A DNA stretch of 64,000 bases from IMGVR_UViG_3300032242_002454:124001-188000, one strand, 5' to 3'; positions 29,261 to 39,188 are shown, numbered from the stretch's first letter. Translations and numbers: made by a program. The notes: generated from the sequence alone by a model not told the origin.

Positions 29261-29572
29261 ATGTCTAAAAATATTGATGATGTAATTAAAGAGGTAATGA
29301 AAAGCAATAAGGAGATTCATACTATGGACGCTCATATCTCTAAAGACATTACCGATCTAAAAAAGAGCATCAAAAATATTGAGAATAAGATCAAAATGAT
29401 AGATAATAAAATGGATCAAACCATAGATCTATTAAATACTTTCATTACTCTTATTACTGAACAGGATGATATAGATCTTGATGATGAAGAAGAGAATGAG
29501 GATTGGACTCCTTATGATCAACAAGAAGATTATCAAGCTGATGATGAAGATGAGGAAGAAGAACAATACTAA
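29261..29572 (+). CDS. coiled-coil protein with acidic tail
   Basis: Heptad pattern then D/E-rich C-terminus. Confidence 0.7.
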   Translation: MSKNIDDVIKEVMKSNKEIHTMDAHISKDITDLKKSIKNIENKIKMIDNKMDQTIDLLNTFITLITEQDDIDLDDEEENEDWTPYDQQEDYQADDEDEEEEQY

Positions 29573-29823
29573 TGGCTAGTTTAGCTCTACTAGTAACAAT
29601 AATTTTTTTATCTGTGCTAATAATAGGTCCAATTAGTTATATTCTATCATTATTTTCTTGGATGCCAAATTTAATCAAATGGATAATGGCAATAGTTTGT
29701 ATTTTTGTTGGGGGTTGGGTTTGTTTTCTACCTATACCCTTTTTAAGAGCTTTGGGATTAATTGATATAGCAATAGGATTAAAGATCATATCGGATAGCA
29801 CACAAAAGAAAAGTGATGCTTGA
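29572..29823 (+). CDS. small multi-TM membrane protein
   Basis: Three hydrophobic segments. Confidence 0.7.
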   Translation: MASLALLVTIIFLSVLIIGPISYILSLFSWMPNLIKWIMAIVCIFVGGWVCFLPIPFLRALGLIDIAIGLKIISDSTQKKSDA

Positions 29824-29848
29824 CAAGACCGTATGCCGATGGTATACT
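29820..29848 (+). promoter_or_regulatory. sigma70-type promoter (class I) for rIIA
   Basis: TTGACA-17-TATACT, spacer GCCGATG. Confidence 0.85.
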
Positions 29849-29888
29849 TGAGCCATCACAGGAACGATAACACTTTTGGAGAATAAAG

Positions 29889-32579
29889 ATGAAGTTGGCA
29901 GATAGGACGATTGAGACTCACAGCGTTGGTGTTGCAAGTAGGAACCAATTCAATATCGCTCAGACGAGCAAGATGTTTAAAATCCTTTCAGACTCTCTTT
30001 ATTCTGATAAGGTAATGGCAGCAATTCGTGAGCTTTCTACTAATGCTTATGATAGTCATATCTCTGCTGGGAATAGGAATCCTTTTAAGGTTACTCTGCC
30101 CACCGCTGCTAATCCTACCTTTATGGTGAGAGATTATGGTACTGGTCTTAGTCAGGCCGATATGGAGGACTTGTATACAACTTATGGTGCCTCAAACAAA
30201 AATGATAGCAATGATTTTGTTGGTTGTCTTGGTCTAGGGTCTAAGAGTCCGTTTGCCTACACCAAGAGCTTCACCACTGCATCATATTACAATGGTAAGA
30301 AATATACCTATATTGCAGCAATTGATGAGAGTGGTGTTCCTACTCTGAATCTTTTTAATACTGCCGAAACATCTGAGCCTAATGGTCTTGAGATTAGTTT
30401 TGCTGTTAAGCAGCATGACTTTCAAGAGTTCACCGATAAGGCTAAGAGAATTTTCCACTACTTCCGAATGAAACCCATCATTGAGGGTGGTGTTGGTGGT
30501 AATCTTATGGATCATAAGTATAGCAATACCAATATCGTTATTAGTGGTGAGGGTTGGAGAGTTTGCCGACTCAATAATGATAACAGTTATTTTCCCAGCA
30601 ATTATCATCGAATTGATAGTGGTATCATCGCTATCATGGGAAATATTGCGTATCCTGTTCAAACCGCACAGATTGTTGGTCAAGAAAAGGAAGAAATGCC
30701 CGACCATATTCAGAAGTGGAATAGGGCTTTCCAGAAAGCAGATATTGATTCTTGGAAGAGTTTTGTGGGAGAGATTCTTAACTCTGGTCTTTATCTTGAA
30801 CTGGATTTTGGTATCGGTGAACTTGAGATGGACGTTAGCCGCGAAGGTTTGCAGTATACCAAGGATGTAATTAAGGCTCTTCGTAAAAAGACCCAAGAAA
30901 TTTACATGGAGATGAAGGAAGAATTCTCCAAGAAAATTCAAGCATCCAAGACCAAGGTAGAAGCAATTACTTCATATTATACTATGAATGAATTGGCTGG
31001 CGGCTGGGGTGTTGGTGCCACTTGGACTGATCCCAAGGGTAAAGATCATCCGATCAATTCTGGAAATGATTTGGAATATAAAATTCCGGCTGGCAAGAGT
31101 CTGTATGTTTTTAACTATAAGACTGCTGGCTATCGTTCTCGTCGTCAAGTTGCTTTGACAGATAAGATTCATCACGAAACTCTTACTGGTAAAGGTTCTT
31201 ACTATTGGAATAACCAGAGGAAGAAAGGCACGATGGCTTTCTTTATCTGTGACGTTAAGGGTGAAGAAACAGCAAAGAAGATCATCACAAAGTATTGCAA
31301 TAGTAATGATTGTTTTGCCTACTTGATGCTTGATACTAAGGACTATACCAAGAGTGGAGAAGGTTTTGATAAGCTGATCGAAGATGTTGGATCTGAAAAT
31401 CTGCTCAAGGTTTCAGACTACAAACATCTTACTCAAAGTTCTGGCCCAAGAAAGTCTTACAATAGAAATTCTAATGGTAGTGTTAGTGATCAAGACGTAT
31501 TCTTTATTCATGGCTATGATGATGATAGTAAGCAGATTACTAATCCTTATAACGATGCTACTTGTCTAAGAATTCTTTCAGAAGAACAACTGGAAGATTT
31601 TCTAGAGCAGGATGAGATAGTGTACGTTCCTATGCTTCGATATAAGACTGAGGCTGAATCCGGTCATCCTGAGATTAGTGATATTACCACTACTCTTGGT
31701 GATGATAGCTTGAAGTTTATAGTCAAGGATTTGCTGGGAGATAGTAAGATTTATGCTATCAAAAACGCTTTTGTTAAAAAGCTTCAAAATGATGGGTATA
31801 ATCTTGTCAGTTTTAATGAATTCTTTAAGCGTCAGTTGAAGATTGTTGCTCAGAAACATTTTTCAAGTTTGGCTTCTTTCAATGATCTTGTTGAGTTCTG
31901 TAAGAAAGAATATGCAAGCGAAGAACATAAGAACAACCAATATAGATATTATAATCATGGAACTATGGATAAACAGTTCATGTTTCATATGTTGAATATC
32001 TTTGGGTTGAATTATGAAAAGTTTATTGGTAGTAAGACTCTGGTTGAGTGCATAGACACTACTATGCTTATGGAATTCTTTGCTAATACTGTTCATGATA
32101 ATAACTTTAGGATTGAAAGATTTTCTCAATCAGATTATTTCTCTCATATCTCAAGGTTAATGGACAAGGTTAATATCCGATCAGTAGACAGTAAAGATAT
32201 TCGTAAGGCTAGTTTGGCTTACAATGTCTTGACTAGTCTGATTAGTGGATCACTTTATACTGGATCTAATTCTCATAAAGCTGAAACTTATCTGAAAATT
32301 ATTAAGGGTGAGTCTAAGGAAAACTTTAAACTACCAGCAATCTCTAAGATTAGAGAGAGTGTCAGAACTGAACTTGATAAGAACCCTATGCTAAAGTATA
32401 TTCTTGGTAGTCATCAAGTTACTGGAACTCTTACTGATCTAAGAGCTAAGAAGAATCCTATTAATCAGCTTGATGAACGTCATTCCTATTATAATAATGA
32501 TGGTAAGGATTGGATCATGCAGATGAGCCAAGAGAATATTGACCTATTTAGAATTCAGTTGAGTAGTTTAGTCAAGTAG
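29889..32579 (+). CDS. rIIA: RIIA-like protein (GHKL/HSP90-type ATPase N-terminus)
   Basis: LSDSLYSDK...IRELSTNAYD, VRDYGTG, GCLGLGSKSPF; adjacent rIIB. Confidence 0.88.
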   Translation: MKLADRTIETHSVGVASRNQFNIAQTSKMFKILSDSLYSDKVMAAIRELSTNAYDSHISAGNRNPFKVTLPTAANPTFMVRDYGTGLSQADMEDLYTTYGASNKNDSNDFVGCLGLGSKSPFAYTKSFTTASYYNGKKYTYIAAIDESGVPTLNLFNTAETSEPNGLEISFAVKQHDFQEFTDKAKRIFHYFRMKPIIEGGVGGNLMDHKYSNTNIVISGEGWRVCRLNNDNSYFPSNYHRIDSGIIAIMGNIAYPVQTAQIVGQEKEEMPDHIQKWNRAFQKADIDSWKSFVGEILNSGLYLELDFGIGELEMDVSREGLQYTKDVIKALRKKTQEIYMEMKEEFSKKIQASKTKVEAITSYYTMNELAGGWGVGATWTDPKGKDHPINSGNDLEYKIPAGKSLYVFNYKTAGYRSRRQVALTDKIHHETLTGKGSYYWNNQRKKGTMAFFICDVKGEETAKKIITKYCNSNDCFAYLMLDTKDYTKSGEGFDKLIEDVGSENLLKVSDYKHLTQSSGPRKSYNRNSNGSVSDQDVFFIHGYDDDSKQITNPYNDATCLRILSEEQLEDFLEQDEIVYVPMLRYKTEAESGHPEISDITTTLGDDSLKFIVKDLLGDSKIYAIKNAFVKKLQNDGYNLVSFNEFFKRQLKIVAQKHFSSLASFNDLVEFCKKEYASEEHKNNQYRYYNHGTMDKQFMFHMLNIFGLNYEKFIGSKTLVECIDTTMLMEFFANTVHDNNFRIERFSQSDYFSHISRLMDKVNIRSVDSKDIRKASLAYNVLTSLISGSLYTGSNSHKAETYLKIIKGESKENFKLPAISKIRESVRTELDKNPMLKYILGSHQVTGTLTDLRAKKNPINQLDERHSYYNNDGKDWIMQMSQENIDLFRIQLSSLVK

Positions 32580-32600
32580 TCAGAAATTTCTCAAGACCCC

Positions 32601-32628
32601 TTGACAAGCTTGCCGATTAGTGTAAAAT
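32601..32628 (+). promoter_or_regulatory. sigma70-type promoter (class I) for rIIB
   Basis: TTGACA-16-TAAAAT, spacer GCCGATT. Confidence 0.8.
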
Positions 32629-32672
32629 GAGAGTATCACAGGTATCGTAACTAAAAACTAGGAGTTTGGATT

Positions 32673-33566
32673 ATGGCTGTTCCGTTTATGTTTGTGGATG
32701 GTAATTTGACGCTGGTTCTTAATAATCAGAGTTATCAGGTGTTGCCAGATCATATCAACTATAAGTTGATTCTGGAAAGACTTCCATCTGCTACGGCAGA
32801 TGAACTACTGGAAGTTGTTGATGTTCAAAAGGCTGTTGCTACTTTTAGCGATGGTCTTGTGGAGATCAAGAATGGACAGGTTCTCTACGAGGGTGAGGAA
32901 GTTCATGGTAGTATCAGTAAGCGTATTCTGGAGTTTATGAGTAAGGGATTGCCTTTTCAACCCCTTGTTAATTTCCTGAATAATCTCATGGAAAATCCAA
33001 GTATGCAGAGTCAAAAGGAGTTGTATGACTTCTTGGAACATGAACATCTTCCCATTACTGAGGATGGTTTCTTCCTCGCTTATAAGGCTGTTCGTTCAGA
33101 CTTTAAGGATAAGTATAGGGGAGTTTTTGACAATAGAGTTGGTAAGGTCTGTGAAATGCAAAGAGCAAAGGTTGATGATGATCGTGGTCGTGGTTGCTCT
33201 AATGGACTTCATGCTGGTGCATTGAATTATGTTGCCAACTATGGAAGTCTTGAGTCTGGAGACAAGATTGTTATTGTCAAGATTAATCCCAAGGATGTTG
33301 TGAGCGTTCCTAGTGACTGCAATTATGAAAAGCTTCGCACTTGTCGCTATGAAGTAGTTGGACAGTATGAGGGTGAATTGCTCAAGCCTCTCTACAAGGC
33401 CGATTTTAGTCAGGATGATTACGAGGACGATGAGGATGATTATCTGAATGACTATGATGAGAGCTATTGGGATCAGTTTGATGATGAAGATGAAGATGAG
33501 GACGATGATCTTGTTGGTGATGAAGATGATTCAGATTTTGATAATGGACTCTACGGAACTCATTGA
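32673..33566 (+). CDS. rIIB: RIIB-like protein
   Basis: NLMENPS...ELYDFL...ITEDGFFLAYKAV...CSNGLHAG...INPKDVVSVP...KLRTCRYEV; acidic tail. Confidence 0.92.
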   Translation: MAVPFMFVDGNLTLVLNNQSYQVLPDHINYKLILERLPSATADELLEVVDVQKAVATFSDGLVEIKNGQVLYEGEEVHGSISKRILEFMSKGLPFQPLVNFLNNLMENPSMQSQKELYDFLEHEHLPITEDGFFLAYKAVRSDFKDKYRGVFDNRVGKVCEMQRAKVDDDRGRGCSNGLHAGALNYVANYGSLESGDKIVIVKINPKDVVSVPSDCNYEKLRTCRYEVVGQYEGELLKPLYKADFSQDDYEDDEDDYLNDYDESYWDQFDDEDEDEDDDLVGDEDDSDFDNGLYGTH

Positions 33567-33579
33567 AATTAATTAGTTA

Positions 33580-33660
33580 AGGTGGTGTTTGGTAACTTGT
33601 AAGGTAGCACCTATATAGTTTCTGCTATCGTGCAATAACGGTTCGATTCCGTTACCATCT
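33580..33660 (+). ncRNA. tRNA-like element (pseudo or atypical tRNA)
   Basis: Acceptor AGGTGGT/ACCATCT; canonical T arm AACGG-TTCGATT-CCGTT; non-canonical D and anticodon regions. Confidence 0.45.
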
Positions 33661-33739
33661 TTTAGATATTGCTCTTGATAATGATGTTCATTATCCCAAT
33701 ATCAAAAATGTAGGTAGGAAGTTGGAAAAAGGAAAACAA

Positions 33740-34900
33740 ATGTTTAGTGATACTTTGGCTTTTAATCCATTCGATAAGACTCATAGTGCTATTGGAACAA
33801 GAGATCAAATTACTTTGAGGAATAAGTTTTTTGATTCTTTTGGTGGTCAGCAGATTTTCTGTTACAACGGTGATCCTCGTAAGAAGATCAGTAGTATGAA
33901 TCATACGGATCATCTTACCACTGTTGCTATTGCTAATGATAGTCAAGGTGCTGATGCTTACTTCTATGTTAATGGTGGACGTAAACAATATGCTATTAGT
34001 AGAATTCGTGCTTGTTTTGTTGATATGGATGCTGGGCGAGATGATCAGGGTAGCTATTTAAAGCCTAGCATTGTTATGCAAAAGAAGCGGGAGTTCTTAA
34101 ATAAGATCAATAACTTTCCAGTAAAACCAAGCTGGGTTGTTGATACTCGTAATGGCTATCAGTGCTATTGGATTCTAAACCAAAACAATATAAATCCTCA
34201 CAAGACTTATTGGAATGGTATTCAAAAGAAACTTGTGAACCATTTTGGTGGTGATGCCAGAGCTATCAAAATCAATCAGATTTATAGAATCCCTTATACT
34301 TGGTGGAGGAAGGGTTGGGAAGGAAAGCAACCTTATTTTACCAGTATTTTGTCGGGATCGACTGGTGACTGGGTAAATATTGAACAACTTAAAGAAGCTC
34401 TTGATGGCGTTTCTGCTGTGGTCAATGTTATTGCAAATAAGACTAGTGATGAATGGTTTAAGGAATATGCTAAGGCTTATAAGAGGTCTGATGTTACTGG
34501 AGTTCCAGTATCAGTCAATGTTGCTGCAACTATTGCTGATCAGATGAAGTCTCTTAACCTTAAGAACAGCACTGTATTCTGTAATACATATACCAATAGT
34601 ACAGATGATATCAAGAATAAGTATGTATATTCTGGTCATGGTGTTTTCAATAAGGCTTATGGTGATCCTACTCCAGTATCTCCTGTGGTTGAGGACGATA
34701 CAGATTCTCTTGAGACGCTTCCTGCTGACGCTGGGGGCGAGGATTTAGATCTTGACGGTTCCCAGACCAAGCTTTTAAAGACGGTTGTGGAGTTCCTTAA
34801 TCAAGTCTCAACGCCGCTCTACTTTAGCAACAATAGATTCTTGTCTAACTCTGCTAAAGACCTTGCTTCTCAAATTAGTGACAAGTTTTGTATAGGGTGA
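33740..34900 (+). CDS. RepB-like DNA primase domain protein
   Basis: YFYVN, CFVDMD, PSWVVDTRNGYQCYW, GD...INQIYRIP. Confidence 0.7.
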   Translation: MFSDTLAFNPFDKTHSAIGTRDQITLRNKFFDSFGGQQIFCYNGDPRKKISSMNHTDHLTTVAIANDSQGADAYFYVNGGRKQYAISRIRACFVDMDAGRDDQGSYLKPSIVMQKKREFLNKINNFPVKPSWVVDTRNGYQCYWILNQNNINPHKTYWNGIQKKLVNHFGGDARAIKINQIYRIPYTWWRKGWEGKQPYFTSILSGSTGDWVNIEQLKEALDGVSAVVNVIANKTSDEWFKEYAKAYKRSDVTGVPVSVNVAATIADQMKSLNLKNSTVFCNTYTNSTDDIKNKYVYSGHGVFNKAYGDPTPVSPVVEDDTDSLETLPADAGGEDLDLDGSQTKLLKTVVEFLNQVSTPLYFSNNRFLSNSAKDLASQISDKFCIG

Positions 34901-34907
34901 GGGTTTT

Positions 34908-35818
34908 ATGGGACAACAAGATGAAGATTACAACTACGATGATGACTATGAAGATAGTCAGGATAATTTAGACAGTCAGCATAAAAATTATTTCAAGTTT
35001 GATCCTAGTGCATGGGATGCTTGGGGTAAAATGCTATACGAAGCTCTAAATGACATAGTTGAATATCCTTCTAATGTTTGGTATATTGGACATGGATTCG
35101 ATAAAGGTTCGTTACCTGTGAATGATTACTTCTCCAAATCAGGGAACTTTAAAAACTCCCTGTTTTTGGGGAACAATCATTATAAAGAACCAGTCTATAA
35201 AACCAAATACTTTATACATAACAAGTTAGATGTGGCGTATAGAAATCACTTAGTATCACACGCGGTTCATTTTCTTTCGCAACCAAACTATTATATGGGT
35301 ATGTTCGACATACTTAATTAGAGGACAAGGATGTTACCAGCAGCACTATTGTATGTGGCTATGTTCTTCAGTTCATTAACTGAAACTCCTTTTGTTGCAT
35401 ATGATCTAGCAACTCATATGAGCAAAGCACAAAGAGTAGAATGGACAAAAATGACAGATGATGATAATAATGTTAGGTTCACTATTACATTTTATAAGAT
35501 GCCTATATTGGCAGAGCTAGGTTTTGAAAGAACTTTTGTGGATAAACACAATAACTGTCAAACGGAGCTTAATAAAAAATAATGAACACATATTTTGAAA
35601 TTTATTTTAATGAATCATCAGTCAGCAAAGTGTGCGACGCAATGGCTGAAGTTATAATCTTTATTGAAAATTGCACCAATCAAGATAGACGCATACCTGT
35701 CAAGATAGTAGAAAAAGATAAGAAAACAGATAGGATCGTAGTGGTGTACAAACCCGTCCTGTCTGCTAAACTGGAATGGGTCAGCATCCCAAAGTACGAA
35801 GGGGAAACAATAGTATAA
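34908..35818 (+). other. three hypothetical ORFs (34908..35321, 35331..35582, 35582..35818)
   Basis: ORF track. Confidence 0.65.
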
Positions 35819-36252
35819 TGAAGAACGAAAAATGGTTTTTTATAAGTAACTTTGAAGAATTTGTTGACCACTCAAGAGCTTTAGTTTTTAATTTATTTGG
35901 ACAAGTTAATGAGATAGCCGCAGATTCTTTAACTGCTTCTTTATCAACAATGAGTAAAGAAGAAATAGAAGAAATGGATACTACTCTTAGTCATGAAGAA
36001 GCGTCAGTTATAGTAAAGAATCATGCTAGAAAACAAATCAATAGAAATACTAAAGAAATTAGATATTCATTGACAGATAAAATTTTAGAAGAAATTATTG
36101 AAGATCTGAATGGAAGAATGGTTAGTAATATTTTGAATACCTTGGTTAACAAGGGAGTTTTGGATAGTGGATACGACAGTGAAAAAAACGATTTCATTTT
36201 TTGGGTGAAAGAAGATGCCAACAATCAAAAAGAAACTCCTGAGACCGATTGA
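35776..36252 (+). CDS. hypothetical protein, paralog family A (start probably near 35818)
   Basis: C-terminal NTLVNKGVLDSGYDSEKNDFIFW. Confidence 0.7.
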   Translation: MGQHPKVRRGNNSIMKNEKWFFISNFEEFVDHSRALVFNLFGQVNEIAADSLTASLSTMSKEEIEEMDTTLSHEEASVIVKNHARKQINRNTKEIRYSLTDKILEEIIEDLNGRMVSNILNTLVNKGVLDSGYDSEKNDFIFWVKEDANNQKETPETD

Positions 36253-36643
36253 TCAAGATATTCATTTCAAATATAGATGTTATGAATGTTCTTTAGATCA
36301 TTGGTTATCAATTAGGGAAACTCAAACAAAGGGTTTTAAAATAGTATGTGATTGTGGACAAATCCTAAAGGTAAAACTTATAGAAAAAATTGAGATAGTT
36401 TATCAGAAAGTTATCAAGAAAGAAATTCCTCCTGAGCCAGATAAGCCAGAAGAATTACCAAAAAAATCAGAAACTATTCCAATAGATTTACTGTCACAAT
36501 GTTGTACAATATTACTTGGTTATGGGTTTGATATTACTGAAGGTGAAGACTTAATAGTATCAACTTTTAATGAAAACCCTACTTATATTTGTGTAGATTT
36601 AATAAAACAAGCTTTGAAAAAATTTGGAGAAAAGAATGGCTAA
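36215..36643 (+). CDS. zinc-ribbon protein with RuvA C-terminal-like helical end
   Basis: CYEC...CDCG; ends LLGYGFDITEGEDLI...DLIKQALK, reminiscent of RuvA domain III; lies immediately upstream of ruvB. Confidence 0.45.
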   Translation: MPTIKKKLLRPIDQDIHFKYRCYECSLDHWLSIRETQTKGFKIVCDCGQILKVKLIEKIEIVYQKVIKKEIPPEPDKPEELPKKSETIPIDLLSQCCTILLGYGFDITEGEDLIVSTFNENPTYICVDLIKQALKKFGEKNG

Positions 36644-37553
36644 TGCAATCAGACCTACTCGTTTTAGTGAAATTATTGGACAATCAGAAGTTGTCACCAG
36701 ACTCAACATCGTGGTTGCCGGTTGTAAAAACTCTGGTGGTGTGATGCCTCATCTTTTAATAGACGGCCCACCGGGGCTAGGAAAGACCACCATAGCGAGT
36801 GCTATAGCTACTGAGATGGGAGTGAACCTATATACCATCAATGCGGCGACTATCCGTGGTATTAAAAATATTTTGCCATACATCATGGGTATGGAAAAAA
36901 AATCTGTTCTTTTTATTGATGAAATTCATCGCCTGCCAAAAATTGTGGAAGAATTTCTCTATCCAGTAATGGAAGATTTTGTTCTTAATATTACTGTCAA
37001 AGATGAACAGGATAAAGAAAAGCCAGAAACCATTGAGTTGCCAATATTCACTTTAGTTGGAGCAACAACCAGCGGAGGATCTTTGAGTCAGCCATTTTAT
37101 GATAGATTTCAAATCAAGGAACATTTGTCATTCTATAGTGAAAGTGATCTAGCTAAACTAGCAGGGTTAAATGCGCAAAAGCTCGGACTAATGATAAGCG
37201 ATGATGATCTGGTTGAAATTGCCAAAAGAAGTAAAGGTACTCCAAGAATCTTAAATGGTAGGTTGCAATGGTATAAGAATTGTATAGCCTATTATACAGA
37301 GAAAAAAATGAGTGTGGATGAGATCTTTAATAGTCAGGGTATTGATAAGGACGGTTTGGATGTGTATGATAAGATGTATCTGAAGGTTCTTGCTAAGTCT
37401 AAGGGTGCTGGATTAGGTCTAAAGAGTATTTCTGCTTTAACTGGAATTGCTATGGATACTATTGAGAATAGCATTGAACCATATCTAGTACGAAAAGGTT
37501 TTGCCATAAGAACCCAAAAGGGACGAGTGATAGGCTCATATAAACATGAATGA
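36636..37553 (+). CDS. ruvB: Holliday junction branch-migration ATPase
   Basis: IRPTRFSEIIGQ, GPPGLGKTT, FIDEIH, LYPVMEDF, GATT, DRF, GTPR, EPYL, RTQKGR. Confidence 0.95.
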   Translation: MANAIRPTRFSEIIGQSEVVTRLNIVVAGCKNSGGVMPHLLIDGPPGLGKTTIASAIATEMGVNLYTINAATIRGIKNILPYIMGMEKKSVLFIDEIHRLPKIVEEFLYPVMEDFVLNITVKDEQDKEKPETIELPIFTLVGATTSGGSLSQPFYDRFQIKEHLSFYSESDLAKLAGLNAQKLGLMISDDDLVEIAKRSKGTPRILNGRLQWYKNCIAYYTEKKMSVDEIFNSQGIDKDGLDVYDKMYLKVLAKSKGAGLGLKSISALTGIAMDTIENSIEPYLVRKGFAIRTQKGRVIGSYKHE

Positions 37554-37878
37554 AATATCAGTATCAATAAACTTACCCACCATTATTTTCTTCTCAAGCA
37601 CACTCCTAATCTTAGGGGTGTGTTTGTTTTTAATCGGCTATTTTGTTGGTAAGCAGTCTAGTGCTGGTGTATGTAATACTGTTGGTTATACAAAACCCAC
37701 GAGCTTTTTTCAAGAACAGAAAAAGGATAAAACAGTTGTCTCTATTGATGACACTAAATATGTGGTTGATATTAAGACATCTGAAATGGAAAAAAAATAT
37801 GAATCTTTGGGCGAAATAAAAGAATCTGAAGAAGATATAATCAGTTCTATAAATAAACTTAAAAATATGAAAAGGTGA
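37546..37878 (+). CDS. single-TM membrane protein
   Basis: IIFFSSTLLILGVCLFLIGYFVG. Confidence 0.7.
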   Translation: MNEISVSINLPTIIFFSSTLLILGVCLFLIGYFVGKQSSAGVCNTVGYTKPTSFFQEQKKDKTVVSIDDTKYVVDIKTSEMEKKYESLGEIKESEEDIISSINKLKNMKR

Positions 37879-37881
37879 AAT

Positions 37882-38883
37882 ATGGCAGCTGGATTAGACG
37901 TTGGCACAAGTTATATAGTGTTGTCAAAAGAAAACAAAAATAGTATCATCTATAAAGATTTTAGAGATGCTTTTTATGTTATCAAACCAACCACACCAGT
38001 CGCCACAAAGATGATAGAGAAAGGATTAGCGGGGAAAGTTTTTATTAAAGATGCTGATGGATCATTTATTCTATTAGGTAAAGATGCTATTGAAAAAGCT
38101 ATAGAAAGAAATGATACTGCAAAAAGACCAATGTATAAAGGCGTAGTATCTGCAAAAGAAAAAGATGCTAAGAAGATATTGGCTTTTATCTTGAAAGAAG
38201 TAGCTGGTAAGGCTAAGGAAGAAAATGAAAAACTAGTATTCTGCGTTCCTGCTCAACCAGTAGATCAAGAAGATGAAGATTTCGATGTTGGATACCATGA
38301 AGATGTGGTAAAGACTATTCTAGCTGAATGTGGATATAGTGCCAAAGCTATTAATGAAGCAGAGGCGCTTTGTTATGCCGAACTGGAAGTTGAAGATTAT
38401 ACTGGTATCGCAGTTAGCTGTGGTGCTGGAATGACCAATGTTTGCGTGATGTTAAATGGTGAACCCACTGTAGTATTCAGTACAACTAAAAGCGGAGACT
38501 GGATTGATCGTATGAGTGCTGTTGCTACAGGAGAACCAGACAGTGTTGTACAGGCAGAGAAGGAGGCTGGTGGTTTTACTATAGGTGAACCAAATGATAA
38601 TCCAGTTTTAGGTGCAGTGTCAGCATATTATGAGAGACTAATAGACTATACTACAAAACAATTAGCTCATGCTTTATCAAATCATAAATCATTACCAAAA
38701 TTTAAAAATCCTTTAGTTATTGTCGTAGCTGGTGGTACTTCTCAGGCTAATGGATATATCAAGGAGTTTGCTAAAAAACTAGAAGAAAATGGATTTCCAT
38801 TACAAATTAAAGAAGTCAGACATGCGGCAGACCCCTTACATTCTGTCGCCAAAGGATGTTTGATTGCTGCAAAGGTATTATAA
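37882..38883 (+). CDS. actin-like ATPase (MreB/ParM/FtsA superfamily)
   Basis: GLDVGTS (phosphate 1), INEAEA (connect 1), SCGAGMT (phosphate 2), VAGGTS (adenosine). Confidence 0.8.
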   Translation: MAAGLDVGTSYIVLSKENKNSIIYKDFRDAFYVIKPTTPVATKMIEKGLAGKVFIKDADGSFILLGKDAIEKAIERNDTAKRPMYKGVVSAKEKDAKKILAFILKEVAGKAKEENEKLVFCVPAQPVDQEDEDFDVGYHEDVVKTILAECGYSAKAINEAEALCYAELEVEDYTGIAVSCGAGMTNVCVMLNGEPTVVFSTTKSGDWIDRMSAVATGEPDSVVQAEKEAGGFTIGEPNDNPVLGAVSAYYERLIDYTTKQLAHALSNHKSLPKFKNPLVIVVAGGTSQANGYIKEFAKKLEENGFPLQIKEVRHAADPLHSVAKGCLIAAKVL

Positions 38884-39188
38884 TGTTTAATTTTCTGAAT
38901 AAAATCAGGTTTGCAGTAAGATCTCCAAAATGGAGTACTGTAAGAAAACAACATCTAAAAGAAAATCCATTTTGTATAGCCTGTGGTAGAAATAAAAAAT
39001 TAGAAGTTCACCATAAAACTCCAGTACATATTAGTCCAGAACTTGAATTAGATCCTTCAAATCTTGTTACTTTATGTGCTGATCCGTGTCATATTTTGTT
39101 TGGTCATTTGATGAATTTTAAGAGTTATAATAAATCGGTCATAGAAGATTGTTCGGTGTATTTAAGTAAGGTAAAAAATAGACCCTAA
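38883..39188 (+). CDS. small HNH endonuclease
   Basis: CIACG...LEVHH...NLVTLC...CH. Confidence 0.88.
   Translation: MFNFLNKIRFAVRSPKWSTVRKQHLKENPFCIACGRNKKLEVHHKTPVHISPELELDPSNLVTLCADPCHILFGHLMNFKSYNKSVIEDCSVYLSKVKNRP

Noticed and set aside
33410-33545. GAT/GAA-rich repeats at the ends of rIIB and 29261
   Set aside because: Simply acidic low-complexity protein tails
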